The notes beneath the pieces were generated by a model. It was not told the DNA's origin. It was given only the letters and a program-made list of their open reading frames with translations, and did not search any database. From NCBI GenBank assembly GCA_015064315.1, contig SVSL01000002.1:7159-71158 (forward strand): a stretch of DNA of 64,000 nucleotides, read 5' to 3'. This document shows positions 8,518 through 17,268 of this stretch, piece after piece. The translations under genes and the position numbers were made by a program. Source of the stretch: Oscillospiraceae bacterium (GTDB taxonomy: Bacteria > Bacillota > Clostridia > Oscillospirales > CAG-272). Position 1 is the first letter of the stretch, and each line of letters starts with the position of its first letter.

Positions 8518-10731
8518 GTGGGAAAATTCAATCCTCTCTTTCTGGGAGAACTGAAAAAATGGGTTCCCGATATTTGTGAAGATCGGATCATTGAGTTGGT
8601 CGGCTCCAATCTGGATCCCTCCGAGCCCCAAAAAAAGATCAAATCGGTCACCGTTGTGCTGGAGGATTCCATCCGTGTTTATATCGACGGATCGCTTTCC
8701 CGTGAGGAGCATCTGGATAATATTGAGAAGCTTCAAATCATCGGTGGCGTTGGCTGCGTCTTTGTGGAATGCGTAAAAAAGGGAAGCGGAGAGCCGGTTC
8801 TCCTGGCTCGTGCCGACAGTCGCTATCAGTCTACCTTTGGTTCCTTTGTCAAGCGCGTCAACTATTATCTGCGTTGCAAGGATAGGGATTTTTCAAGGCT
8901 CAAGCAGGAGACGGGCAAGGTCTGTCCCAAGTGCGGAAAGCCCTTTCCCAAGGGCTCTCATACCTGTCCCAAGTGTGTTTCCAAAAAGAAAGCACTCAAG
9001 CGCTTGGTTTCCATGGCGAGAGATGAGTGGAAGCGGATCGCTCTTGCTATGCTCTTCTTCTTTGGAACTACGGGCATCAGCGTTTGGATTCCTTACATCA
9101 ACCGCGTTATGGTGGACGGTTACATTAAGGCAGAGGGCACGGAGATCTTCCTTGCAGGCTTTGTAAGTGTGATCTTTACACTTCTGTTGGCTAACACCTT
9201 GAGCCGTCTGTTCAACGTGGGAAGAAGATACTTTTTGGTGCTGGCGGGGAACAACCTTGTGCTTCGTCTGCGCGATATGGTGTTTACCAAGATTCAGGAG
9301 CTTTCGATCTCCAAGATCTCCAAGAGAACCTCGGGAGAGCTTCTCAAGCGTGTCAATCAGGATACGGTAAACATCAAAAACTTTTTGATCAATCAGTTTC
9401 CCAACGTATTGGAGCAAGGGCTGCTGTTGCTTGCAATCTGTTGCGTGCTCTTTGTGTATGATCCTTTGTTGGCACTGCTGGTGCTGGTTCCCGCTCCCTT
9501 TGTGGCACTGTCCTTCCGCCTGTTCTGGCGCTTTTTGAGGAATCTCTACAACCGCTACTGGGAGCAGAACTCCAAGTCGGGTGCCATTCTGCACGATATT
9601 TTCTCGGGCATTCGCGTGGTAAAATCCTACGGAACCGAGGAAAAGGAGGAGGCACGCTACGTAGATGCATCGGCAAGAGAGCGCGATTCTCAGCTTCGCG
9701 CCGAGCGCTTTTGGGCAACGCTGAATCCCATTTTGAATTTTGTTATGGGAATTGGAGAATACGTGCTTCTTTACTACGTTGGAACCAAGATGCTCAGCGG
9801 TGCCATGACGGCGGGTGAGATGTCTCAGTTCTCGGCGTACGCAGGTATGATCTATGCACCCTTAACCACGCTTATGATGTTCCCACGTCACTTGATGCAA
9901 ATGATGACCTCCTTGACCCGTGTTTACGAGATCATGGATGAGGACGTAGAGATTCAAACCAAAAACGAAAAAAGCCTGCCCGAAATCAAGGGGTATATCG
10001 ATATTGAAAAGGTTGCCTTTGGATATGAGGAGGGCGAGCCTGTTCTGCAGGACATCAATCTGAAGATCGCGCCGGGTGAATTTATCGGCATTGTGGGAAA
10101 ATCGGGTGTTGGAAAATCCACGCTGATCAATCTGATCATGCGTATGTATGACGTAGATGAGGGCATTATTCGGATAGACGGCGTTGACGTACGGGAGCTT
10201 TCCCAGGAAACGCTGCGCGCGGGCATGGGTGTTGTGTTGCAGGAGACCTTCCTGTTTGCGGGCTCGATCTGGCAGAATCTGACCTATGCCAAGCCGGAGG
10301 CAACCCGTGAAGAGGTCATTCGGGCAACCAAAATGGCGGGGGCGCACGAGTTTATCGTTCAGCTTCCCGACGGCTATAATACCTACGTGGGAGAGAAGGG
10401 ACATAAGCTTTCGGGCGGTGAACGGCAAAGAATTTCCATCGCCAGAGCGTTGTTGCATGATCCTAAAATTCTGATTTTGGATGAAGCAACCTCGGCACTT
10501 GATACCGAGACCGAAAAGCTGATTCAGGACGCGCTCCAGTCGCTTTCTTCGGGAAGAACAACCATTGCCATTGCGCACCGTCTCTCCACGCTTCGAAACG
10601 CCACACGCCTTGTGGTATTGGACAAGCACGGCGTTGCCGAGGTGGGAAGTCATGAGGAGCTGATGGCAAAGGAAGGAATTTACTACGGACTTGTCATGGC
10701 ACAGCGCGAGATGACAAAAATGGAAGCGTAA
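8518..10731 (+). CDS. ABC exporter half-transporter (TMD-NBD) with an N-terminal soluble domain and a zinc ribbon
   Basis: GTG start. Motifs present: Walker A GKSGVGKST, LSGGERQR, ILILDEAT and IAHRLS. The N-terminal extension contains CPKC-x10-CPKC (nt 8923-8976). That extension is homologous to the one at 5623..7923 (GDEPLLLACF... versus SGEPVLLARA...). Confidence 0.9.
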   Translation: MGKFNPLFLGELKKWVPDICEDRIIELVGSNLDPSEPQKKIKSVTVVLEDSIRVYIDGSLSREEHLDNIEKLQIIGGVGCVFVECVKKGSGEPVLLARADSRYQSTFGSFVKRVNYYLRCKDRDFSRLKQETGKVCPKCGKPFPKGSHTCPKCVSKKKALKRLVSMARDEWKRIALAMLFFFGTTGISVWIPYINRVMVDGYIKAEGTEIFLAGFVSVIFTLLLANTLSRLFNVGRRYFLVLAGNNLVLRLRDMVFTKIQELSISKISKRTSGELLKRVNQDTVNIKNFLINQFPNVLEQGLLLLAICCVLFVYDPLLALLVLVPAPFVALSFRLFWRFLRNLYNRYWEQNSKSGAILHDIFSGIRVVKSYGTEEKEEARYVDASARERDSQLRAERFWATLNPILNFVMGIGEYVLLYYVGTKMLSGAMTAGEMSQFSAYAGMIYAPLTTLMMFPRHLMQMMTSLTRVYEIMDEDVEIQTKNEKSLPEIKGYIDIEKVAFGYEEGEPVLQDINLKIAPGEFIGIVGKSGVGKSTLINLIMRMYDVDEGIIRIDGVDVRELSQETLRAGMGVVLQETFLFAGSIWQNLTYAKPEATREEVIRATKMAGAHEFIVQLPDGYNTYVGEKGHKLSGGERQRISIARALLHDPKILILDEATSALDTETEKLIQDALQSLSSGRTTIAIAHRLSTLRNATRLVVLDKHGVAEVGSHEELMAKEGIYYGLVMAQREMTKMEA

Positions 10732-10760
10732 GCCCATAGCTTGCGGAAAGGATATCTATC

Positions 10761-11204
10761 ATGTGGAAACGAAGGGAAGGCAGGATATTTTTGATAGCGC
10801 ACGCGTGCCTTCTTGTGGGGTGCCTGCTCCTTCCTTTCTATTTGCGCATCACAAGTCATATGCGCTTTTTGGGATGTGTTCTCCATGACCGTTTGTATCT
10901 GTACTGCGCGTTCTGCGGCGGCACGAGAGCAATTTCCGCATTGCTTCATTTTCAGATCCTCGACGCCATCAGATACAATGCTTTGGTGGTTGGACTTGTG
11001 GTTTGGGCATTGGTGCTGGATGTGGTTGTCTTGGTTCGCCTGTTGCAAAACCGAAGATCGATCCTTCGCTTTCCAAGGAACGGATGGGTTTTGATGGTCT
11101 GTATTCTGGTGGCTTTTATGATCCTTCGCAACGTCCTTATGATTTTTTGGGGAGTTGATCCAACGTCAGATCTTGGCGCGGTTTGGCAAAATTGGAAAAC
11201 ATAA
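10761..11204 (+). CDS. DUF2752-like small membrane protein
   Basis: 147 aa with four hydrophobic segments and a CAFCGGTRA motif, matching the CxxCGxTRA signature of DUF2752. Confidence 0.6.
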   Translation: MWKRREGRIFLIAHACLLVGCLLLPFYLRITSHMRFLGCVLHDRLYLYCAFCGGTRAISALLHFQILDAIRYNALVVGLVVWALVLDVVVLVRLLQNRRSILRFPRNGWVLMVCILVAFMILRNVLMIFWGVDPTSDLGAVWQNWKT

Positions 11205-11290
11205 TTTCATAGCCCTTTCGTAGAGAACAAAAAGTCTGCACATACTGTATGTGCAGACTTTTTTTGCGTGCAAAGGAGATATTATTATAT

Positions 11291-12400
11291 ATGAAGGTTT
11301 TACACGTGATCAGCGACGAAAACATTGGCGGCGCAGGGGTGCTTTTGACAACGCTTTTGTGTAATTTTGACCGGGAACGGGTGCAGAGCATTGTCGCTTT
11401 GCCGCAAGGAAGTGCCTTGATTGAGCGCATCCGCGGGCTTGACATAGAGGTGATCGAATTAAAGCACCCATGTGACCGTGTGTCCCTTGCTTCTATTGTT
11501 GAATTGATCCAAATCATTCAAAAAAACAAGCCTGAGATCCTTCATGCAAACGCGGCATTGGCGGCAAGAATCGCCGGACGGCTGAGCGGCAGATGCGTGA
11601 TGCATACCAGACATTGTTGCTTTCCTCCCACGGGACTTTTGCAAAGCGGGTGGATTCGTTCTCTCAGCGGAAAATGGAACGCCATGCTTTCTCATCGGGT
11701 CATTGCTACGGCGAATGCCGCCGCCGAGAATCTGGTGGAGCTGGGGATTCCGCGAAAGAAGATTTGCGTGATCATCAACGGATCCGAGCCGATCCGATCT
11801 GTTTCCGAGGAGGAGCTGCGGCGATGCCGTGAACGGTGGAGAATAAAAGAGAATGATTTTACCGTTGGGATCTGCGCAAGGCTGGAGGCGTGTAAGGGGC
11901 AGAGGATCTTTCTGAGAGCCGCAAAGCGCTTGCTTGAGAGACAGCCGACTGTTCCGTTCCGCTTTCTGATCGTGGGGACGGGAGGTGAGGAAGCCGATCT
12001 GCGCGAGCTTGCAAAAACGCTGGGGATTGAGGATCGCGTGTTTTTTACCGGCTTTGTGGAGGATATGGCGCCTGTTTACCGCCTTCTGCGTGTAAACGTC
12101 AACTGCTCGGTAGGAACCGAGACCTCTTGTTTGGCGCTTTCCGAGGGCATGAGCGCATCACTTCCCATGGTAGTAAGCGATTACGGTGGAAACAGAGCCA
12201 TGGTGGGGGATGAAAAAGCCGGGATTCTCTTTCCGTCCGGGGATGAAAAGGCACTTGCCGATGCGATTGAAAAAATTGCCTTGGATGAAGGCTTGGAGCG
12301 TGAGATGAAAAAGGCTTCCTATGAACGGTATTTGAAAAAATATACCGCCGCACAGATGACCGAGCATCTGACGGCGGTATATGAGGAAGTCTTGCGCTGA
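11291..12400 (+). CDS. Glycosyltransferase family 4 (GT-B, retaining type)
   Basis: The likely start is MKVLHVISDENIGGAGV, preceded by GGAGA. The C-terminal half carries the GT4 E-x7-E region (ETSCLALSEGMSASLPMVVSDYGGN). Confidence 0.8.
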   Translation: MKVLHVISDENIGGAGVLLTTLLCNFDRERVQSIVALPQGSALIERIRGLDIEVIELKHPCDRVSLASIVELIQIIQKNKPEILHANAALAARIAGRLSGRCVMHTRHCCFPPTGLLQSGWIRSLSGKWNAMLSHRVIATANAAAENLVELGIPRKKICVIINGSEPIRSVSEEELRRCRERWRIKENDFTVGICARLEACKGQRIFLRAAKRLLERQPTVPFRFLIVGTGGEEADLRELAKTLGIEDRVFFTGFVEDMAPVYRLLRVNVNCSVGTETSCLALSEGMSASLPMVVSDYGGNRAMVGDEKAGILFPSGDEKALADAIEKIALDEGLEREMKKASYERYLKKYTAAQMTEHLTAVYEEVLR

Positions 12401-14116
12401 TTAAGCCAACTGCTTCAGTGTGATCTGATACTGCGCCATCTTTTCCTTGGCGTCTGCCTGATCCTTGGCGGTGAGCATATAATAATATTTGATCTTGGGC
12501 TCGGTTCCGGAGGGACGTGCAACAATGACGTCGCCGTTTACCAGCTGATAGTAAAGCACGTTGGAGGAGGGAAGACCCGTGGGAGCGGTTTCTCCGTTTC
12601 TTGTAACAATGCCGGTCTTGTAGTCGGCAATCATCTCTACGGCAACGCCGCCAAAGGTTTTGGGGGGATCGTTGCGGAGTGCCTCCATGAGCGCCGCCAT
12701 ACGAGCTGCGCCGTCAAGTCCTTCCATGTAGATTTCTTCGTTTGCCTCGTAGCAGTAGCCGTATTTATCCCAAAGTGCAAAGAGGGCGTCGGAAAGCGTC
12801 ATGCCCTTTGCCTTATAAAAGGCGGTCATTTCGCAGATCAGCATGGAGGACACAACCGCATCCTTATCACGGGCGTAGGTGCCCTTGAGATAGCCGTAGC
12901 TCTCCTCAAAGCCAAAGAGGAAGGAGCCGTCTCCGGTCTTTTCGTAGTTCTTGATGACTTCACCAATGAACTTAAAGCCGGTGAGCACGTTGTGCATCTT
13001 GATGCCGTTTGCCGCGCAGATCTTGGAGACAAGCTCGGTGGATACAATGCTTTTGACCATATAGGGATTTTGGGGCATGGTATTCGATTCGCGGTACGCG
13101 GTAATGATATAATCCGCAAGGAGCGCCCCCATTTGATTTCCGGTGATCACGTCAAAGGAGCCGTCGGGCGTTCTGGTCATAACGCCAACGCGGTCGGCGT
13201 CGGGATCGGTGGCGATCACAAGATCAGATCCCACGCGGTTGGCAACGGCAATGCCAAGATCAAACGCGGCGGGATATTCGGGGTTTGGCTTTTTCACGGT
13301 GGGGAAATTGCCGTCAATTACCATCTGTTCGTCTACGGTATAAAGCTTCTTCAAGCCAATGCGACGCATGATCTCAGGTACCAGCTTATGTCCCGTGCCG
13401 TGCAGAGGGGTGTAAACGATGGAGAGACTGTCGGCAACCTCGGCAACTGCCTTGGGATTGACCGCCTGCGCCTGTACCTGCGCCAGATACTTTTCATCAA
13501 TTTCTGCACCGATCAGCTCGATCAACCCTTTTTCCAACGCCTCGGCGTAGTCCATGATCTTCACGTCTTTAAAAACGTCAAGGCGTTCGATCTCCTCGGA
13601 AACAATGTCGGCGTGCTCGGGCGGAAGCTGTGCGCCATCCTCCCAATATGCCTTGTAGCCATTGTACTCCTTGGGATTATGAGAGGCGGTGACGTTGATG
13701 CCCGCCACGCATCCCAGCTCACGCAAAGCAAAGGAAAGCTCGGGAGTTGGACGAAGCTCGTCAAACAAATAGGATTTGATGCCGTTTGCCGCCAGTACGC
13801 AGGCTGCGGTCTTGGCGAAAAGAGGAGAGTTGTTACGGCTGTCGTAAGCGATGGCAACGCCGTCTTTCTCCCTGTTCAGCTTTAAAATCAGGCAAGCCAG
13901 ACCTTGTGTTGTGTGGGCGACCGTGTGACGGTTCATTGCCGCCATACCGGTCTTCATAGTGGCGCGAAGTCCTCCCGTTCCAAAGGTCATCCCCTTGGTA
14001 AAGCGAAATTCAATTTCCTTAGGATCGTTTGCGATCGCCTTCAGCTCGTTTTTTTCCTCCGCGGAAAGTTGGTCAGCGTTTAACCATTTTTGGTAATTTT
14101 CAAGATAATTGCTCAT
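12401..14116 (-). CDS. Alpha-D-phosphohexomutase (phosphoglucomutase/phosphomannomutase, PgcA-like)
   Basis: 571 aa with the active-site loop TASHNPKEYNGYK and a metal-binding DPDADR. A GGAGG SD lies upstream. Confidence 0.9.
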   Translation of the reverse strand: MSNYLENYQKWLNADQLSAEEKNELKAIANDPKEIEFRFTKGMTFGTGGLRATMKTGMAAMNRHTVAHTTQGLACLILKLNREKDGVAIAYDSRNNSPLFAKTAACVLAANGIKSYLFDELRPTPELSFALRELGCVAGINVTASHNPKEYNGYKAYWEDGAQLPPEHADIVSEEIERLDVFKDVKIMDYAEALEKGLIELIGAEIDEKYLAQVQAQAVNPKAVAEVADSLSIVYTPLHGTGHKLVPEIMRRIGLKKLYTVDEQMVIDGNFPTVKKPNPEYPAAFDLGIAVANRVGSDLVIATDPDADRVGVMTRTPDGSFDVITGNQMGALLADYIITAYRESNTMPQNPYMVKSIVSTELVSKICAANGIKMHNVLTGFKFIGEVIKNYEKTGDGSFLFGFEESYGYLKGTYARDKDAVVSSMLICEMTAFYKAKGMTLSDALFALWDKYGYCYEANEEIYMEGLDGAARMAALMEALRNDPPKTFGGVAVEMIADYKTGIVTRNGETAPTGLPSSNVLYYQLVNGDVIVARPSGTEPKIKYYYMLTAKDQADAKEKMAQYQITLKQLA

Positions 14117-14160
14117 TACAAATGAACCTCCGTGTTATGCTATTTGAATAGAGTATGAAA

Positions 14161-14412
14161 TTATTTTGCAAGATATTCCTTGAGTGCCTGCGCCAGCTGA
14201 TCGGGGCAGGAGGTGCTTTTAAAGCCGCAACGGATTCCCTCCAGACGTTCAATGGCATCGGCAACCGTCATGCCTCTGACCAGTGCGGCAACGCCTTGCG
14301 TGTTTCCGGAGCAGCCTCCGTGATAACGTACCTTTTGGATCACGTCATTTTCAATTTCAATTTCGATCATTCTGGAGCATACGCCCTTGGTTTGATAATT
14401 GATGGTTTCCAT
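14161..14412 (-). CDS. TSCPD-domain small protein (TIGR03905-type, four Cys)
   Basis: 83 aa with GGCSGNTQG and KSTSCPDQL motifs typical of the stand-alone TSCPD family. Confidence 0.7.
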   Translation of the reverse strand: METINYQTKGVCSRMIEIEIENDVIQKVRYHGGCSGNTQGVAALVRGMTVADAIERLEGIRCGFKSTSCPDQLAQALKEYLAK

Positions 14413-14441
14413 GATCTATAGTTTTTCCTTTCCTGTATTTT

Positions 14442-15377
14442 TTAAAGATGGGAATATATGCCGATCATGTCATAGTGAGGAACCTCCATGGCAAGATAAA
14501 TCAAGAAGGTATACAGATCGGCGTTTTTTGTTTTGAAGAGATAGTGCGTAGAAAATTTGTGGGGCTCGGATGCCGGGAGCGAATCCAATCGGTAGAGTGT
14601 CAAGCCGCAAAGCTCAGCGGCAGAGAGAATGCTTGCCTCTGACGGGCTCACACCGGGCGGTGTGGCAAATTCAAAAAAGGCTTCCTTTCCGGTTTGAAAA
14701 GAGACGGTCAGCGAACGGGAAAGCAGGGCAAAGCGCGTGATTTTTGCGGCATCGTTTCCCGCCATGACCTCGCAGGTGGCAGTGATCTTGAGATCGTATC
14801 GCTCGATCAGTCGCGAAAAGCTGTTGAGCTGACCCTCCGAGGAGCTTTCTACGGGAAGGATGCAGTATTCGCAAATGCCGTTGTAAACGTCCTCGCACGC
14901 CGATAAAAAGCTATGGGAATAAGAGACGCGAGGATCCTGCAAAAGCTTTGAAAATTGCAGATAAGCCGAATCCGAATAGCTGTTTCGCTGATACGCCACA
15001 CGGCAGGTCTCCGGGGGCGTGGCGTCGTTCATTTCCAAAAAGAAGAAGCGAGGCGTCAGCAGATTCTTTTCCGCAAGCAGCTTTTTGATCTCGCCGCAAA
15101 GAATGACGCTTTGCCACACGCGATGCAACGGATGCATCCCCTCCAAGGAGCCCGCGTTTTGCTTGAGGGGCTTGGAGAGAAGCCTTGCGGTAGGAAGAAT
15201 ACTGTCGGGAAGTGACGCGATCCAATCGGGATACTCGGTGCAGTCGGCGGTGATCTCCTCGGCAAATTCCCGCAAATGGGAGATTTCCTGTTCGGAGAGC
15301 ATTTCCATGCGAAGTGCCGATTCCCGCAGGTTTTCTTCAATGGCAGATTCGGGAGAATAGCTTTGAAATTCTTTCAT
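14442..15377 (-). CDS. Divergent prephenate dehydratase-like protein (PDT plus ACT-like) with an N-terminal extension
   Basis: The internal ATG (MKEFQSY...) lies 8 nt after the htpG stop. The segment CEYCILPVESSSEGQLNSFSRLIERYDLKITATCEV resembles the PDT core (DYGVVPIENSxxG...L.I.GE). A TRF motif (KITRFALLS) is present. The usual N-terminal GPxGTFS motif is degenerate. Confidence 0.45.
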   Translation of the reverse strand: MKEFQSYSPESAIEENLRESALRMEMLSEQEISHLREFAEEITADCTEYPDWIASLPDSILPTARLLSKPLKQNAGSLEGMHPLHRVWQSVILCGEIKKLLAEKNLLTPRFFFLEMNDATPPETCRVAYQRNSYSDSAYLQFSKLLQDPRVSYSHSFLSACEDVYNGICEYCILPVESSSEGQLNSFSRLIERYDLKITATCEVMAGNDAAKITRFALLSRSLTVSFQTGKEAFFEFATPPGVSPSEASILSAAELCGLTLYRLDSLPASEPHKFSTHYLFKTKNADLYTFLIYLAMEVPHYDMIGIYSHL

Positions 15378-15384
15378 GGAAGAC

Positions 15385-17226
15385 TCAGAGCAGCTCCAGG
15401 ATGGAGTAGCTTTCACCAAGGAAGGACTGAAGCTCCTCGGCACTCAGCTTTCTTTGAGAAAGCTGGGCAAGACGGTAGAGATATGCGGCGGTCTTTCTTT
15501 GCTTATCCTCCTCCATTTCGCCAAGCTTGGCGATCAAGGGGCAGGCGGTGTTTACCGTCAGGGTCTCGTCGCGAGGAAAGCTCATGCCACCAAGATTCAT
15601 GCCCGACATCGCGTACATCTTCATCATTTCTTCCATGCGTCGGGATTCCTCGGAGATGGTAAGAAGAAGCGGAACGGTGGTATCCTTCAAAGCCGAAAAG
15701 GTCACCTTAAGCTGATCGTTTTCGGCCACGTTCTTGAAGAGCTCGGCAATCGCCGTATCCTCGGCAACCGCTTCGTCACTCTTGAGTGCGCCTGCAACGT
15801 CGGCGTCGATACGAACGTACTTGATTTTATCGTCATAGCTTTCAAGCATGGAGAGGAATTGGGTATCCAGCTGCTTGTCGAACACGGCGATCTGTATCTC
15901 TTGCGCTTCAAACATGGAAACATACTGCGCCTGTGCCGCCTTGTCGGTGGTGTAATACACGGTACTCTCGTGCGTTTCCTTGGCTTTTTCCAAATAATCG
16001 GCGGTGGTGACAAAGCTGCCGTCGGTAAGCTCCATGAGCAGCGAATCCTTTACGCGGTCATAGAATTTGCGATCTCTCATGCAGGCGTATTCCACAAAGG
16101 TGCGGATGTCGTTCCAAACCTTTTCATATTCCTCGCGGGAAAGGTTGCAAAGGCTGTTCAGCTTGTCGGCAACCTTCTTTACAATGTGTGCCGAGACCTT
16201 TGCCACGTAGGTGTTGTTCTGCAGATAGCTGCGGGAGACGTTCAAAGGAAGCTCGGGGCAATCCAAGGCGCCCTTGAGCATCAGCAGATACTCGGGAATG
16301 ACCTCCTTGATATTATCTGCCACAAAGACCTGGTTATAATAGAGCTTCACCTGTCCCTCGATGGATTCGTACTCGTTGGTGATCTTGGGGAAATAGAGAA
16401 TGCCACGGAAATTCAATGGATAGTCGGCATTGATGTGGATCCAGAACAGAGGCTCCTTGAAATCATGGAAGACCTTTCTGTAAAAATCCTTGTATTCCTC
16501 GGGAGTGCAGTCCGAGGGATTCTTGAGCCAAAGAGGAGTTGTGTCGTTGATGGGGGAGGGCTCTTTTTCTTTCTCCTTCTGTTCCTCGGTATCCTCCTCG
16601 CAATGGAAGTAGATCTCTACGGGAATAAAAGTGCAGTATTTTTCAAGGATCTCCTGAATCTTGTATTTTTCCAGATATGCGGCTTCCTCATCGGAGATAT
16701 GCATAATCACGGTAGTGCCGTGCTCCTCTCTTTCGCCAAGAGCTGTTTCATATTCTCCGTCAGCTCCGCAGGTCCAATGCACCGCGTTGGTGCCTGTGTA
16801 GGATTTGGTGATCAGTTCAACCGTATCGCTCACCATGAAGGAGGAATAGAAGCCCAGACCAAAGTGACCGATGATACCGTTGCTCTTGTTTTCACCCTCG
16901 TATTTCTCTACGAATTCCAAGGCTCCCGAAAGCGCGATCTGACAGATATAGCGATCCAGCTCCTCGGCAGTCATACCAATACCGTTGTCCGCAACCGTCA
17001 AAGTTTTTGCAACCTTGTCGAGGGTTACGTCAATGCGATAAGGAGATTCGTCTCCCTCGTACTGTCCAAGAGAAGCCAAACGCTTCAGCTTTGTAATGGC
17101 GTCTGACGCGTTGGAGACGATCTCTCGCAAAAAGATATCCTTTTCGGAATAGAGCCATTTTTTAATCACGGGGAAGATATGCTCGGTCTGAACCGAGATT
17201 CCGCCCTTCTTGAATGTGTTTTCCAT
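15385..17226 (-). CDS. htpG: Molecular chaperone HtpG (Hsp90)
   Basis: Hsp90 N-terminal ATPase signature IFLREIVSNASDAITKL and GxxGxGF (GHFGLGFYS). The ATG at 17226 (MENTFKKG...) has AAGGAG 11 nt upstream. Confidence 0.95.
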   Translation of the reverse strand: MENTFKKGGISVQTEHIFPVIKKWLYSEKDIFLREIVSNASDAITKLKRLASLGQYEGDESPYRIDVTLDKVAKTLTVADNGIGMTAEELDRYICQIALSGALEFVEKYEGENKSNGIIGHFGLGFYSSFMVSDTVELITKSYTGTNAVHWTCGADGEYETALGEREEHGTTVIMHISDEEAAYLEKYKIQEILEKYCTFIPVEIYFHCEEDTEEQKEKEKEPSPINDTTPLWLKNPSDCTPEEYKDFYRKVFHDFKEPLFWIHINADYPLNFRGILYFPKITNEYESIEGQVKLYYNQVFVADNIKEVIPEYLLMLKGALDCPELPLNVSRSYLQNNTYVAKVSAHIVKKVADKLNSLCNLSREEYEKVWNDIRTFVEYACMRDRKFYDRVKDSLLMELTDGSFVTTADYLEKAKETHESTVYYTTDKAAQAQYVSMFEAQEIQIAVFDKQLDTQFLSMLESYDDKIKYVRIDADVAGALKSDEAVAEDTAIAELFKNVAENDQLKVTFSALKDTTVPLLLTISEESRRMEEMMKMYAMSGMNLGGMSFPRDETLTVNTACPLIAKLGEMEEDKQRKTAAYLYRLAQLSQRKLSAEELQSFLGESYSILELL

Positions 17227-17268
17227 GCTTGTCAAAACTCCTTTGGGTAAATGAAATGCTTGATATGA

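Noticed and set aside
15376-17106. 576-aa plus-strand ORF
   Set aside because: It is a shadow ORF opposite htpG.
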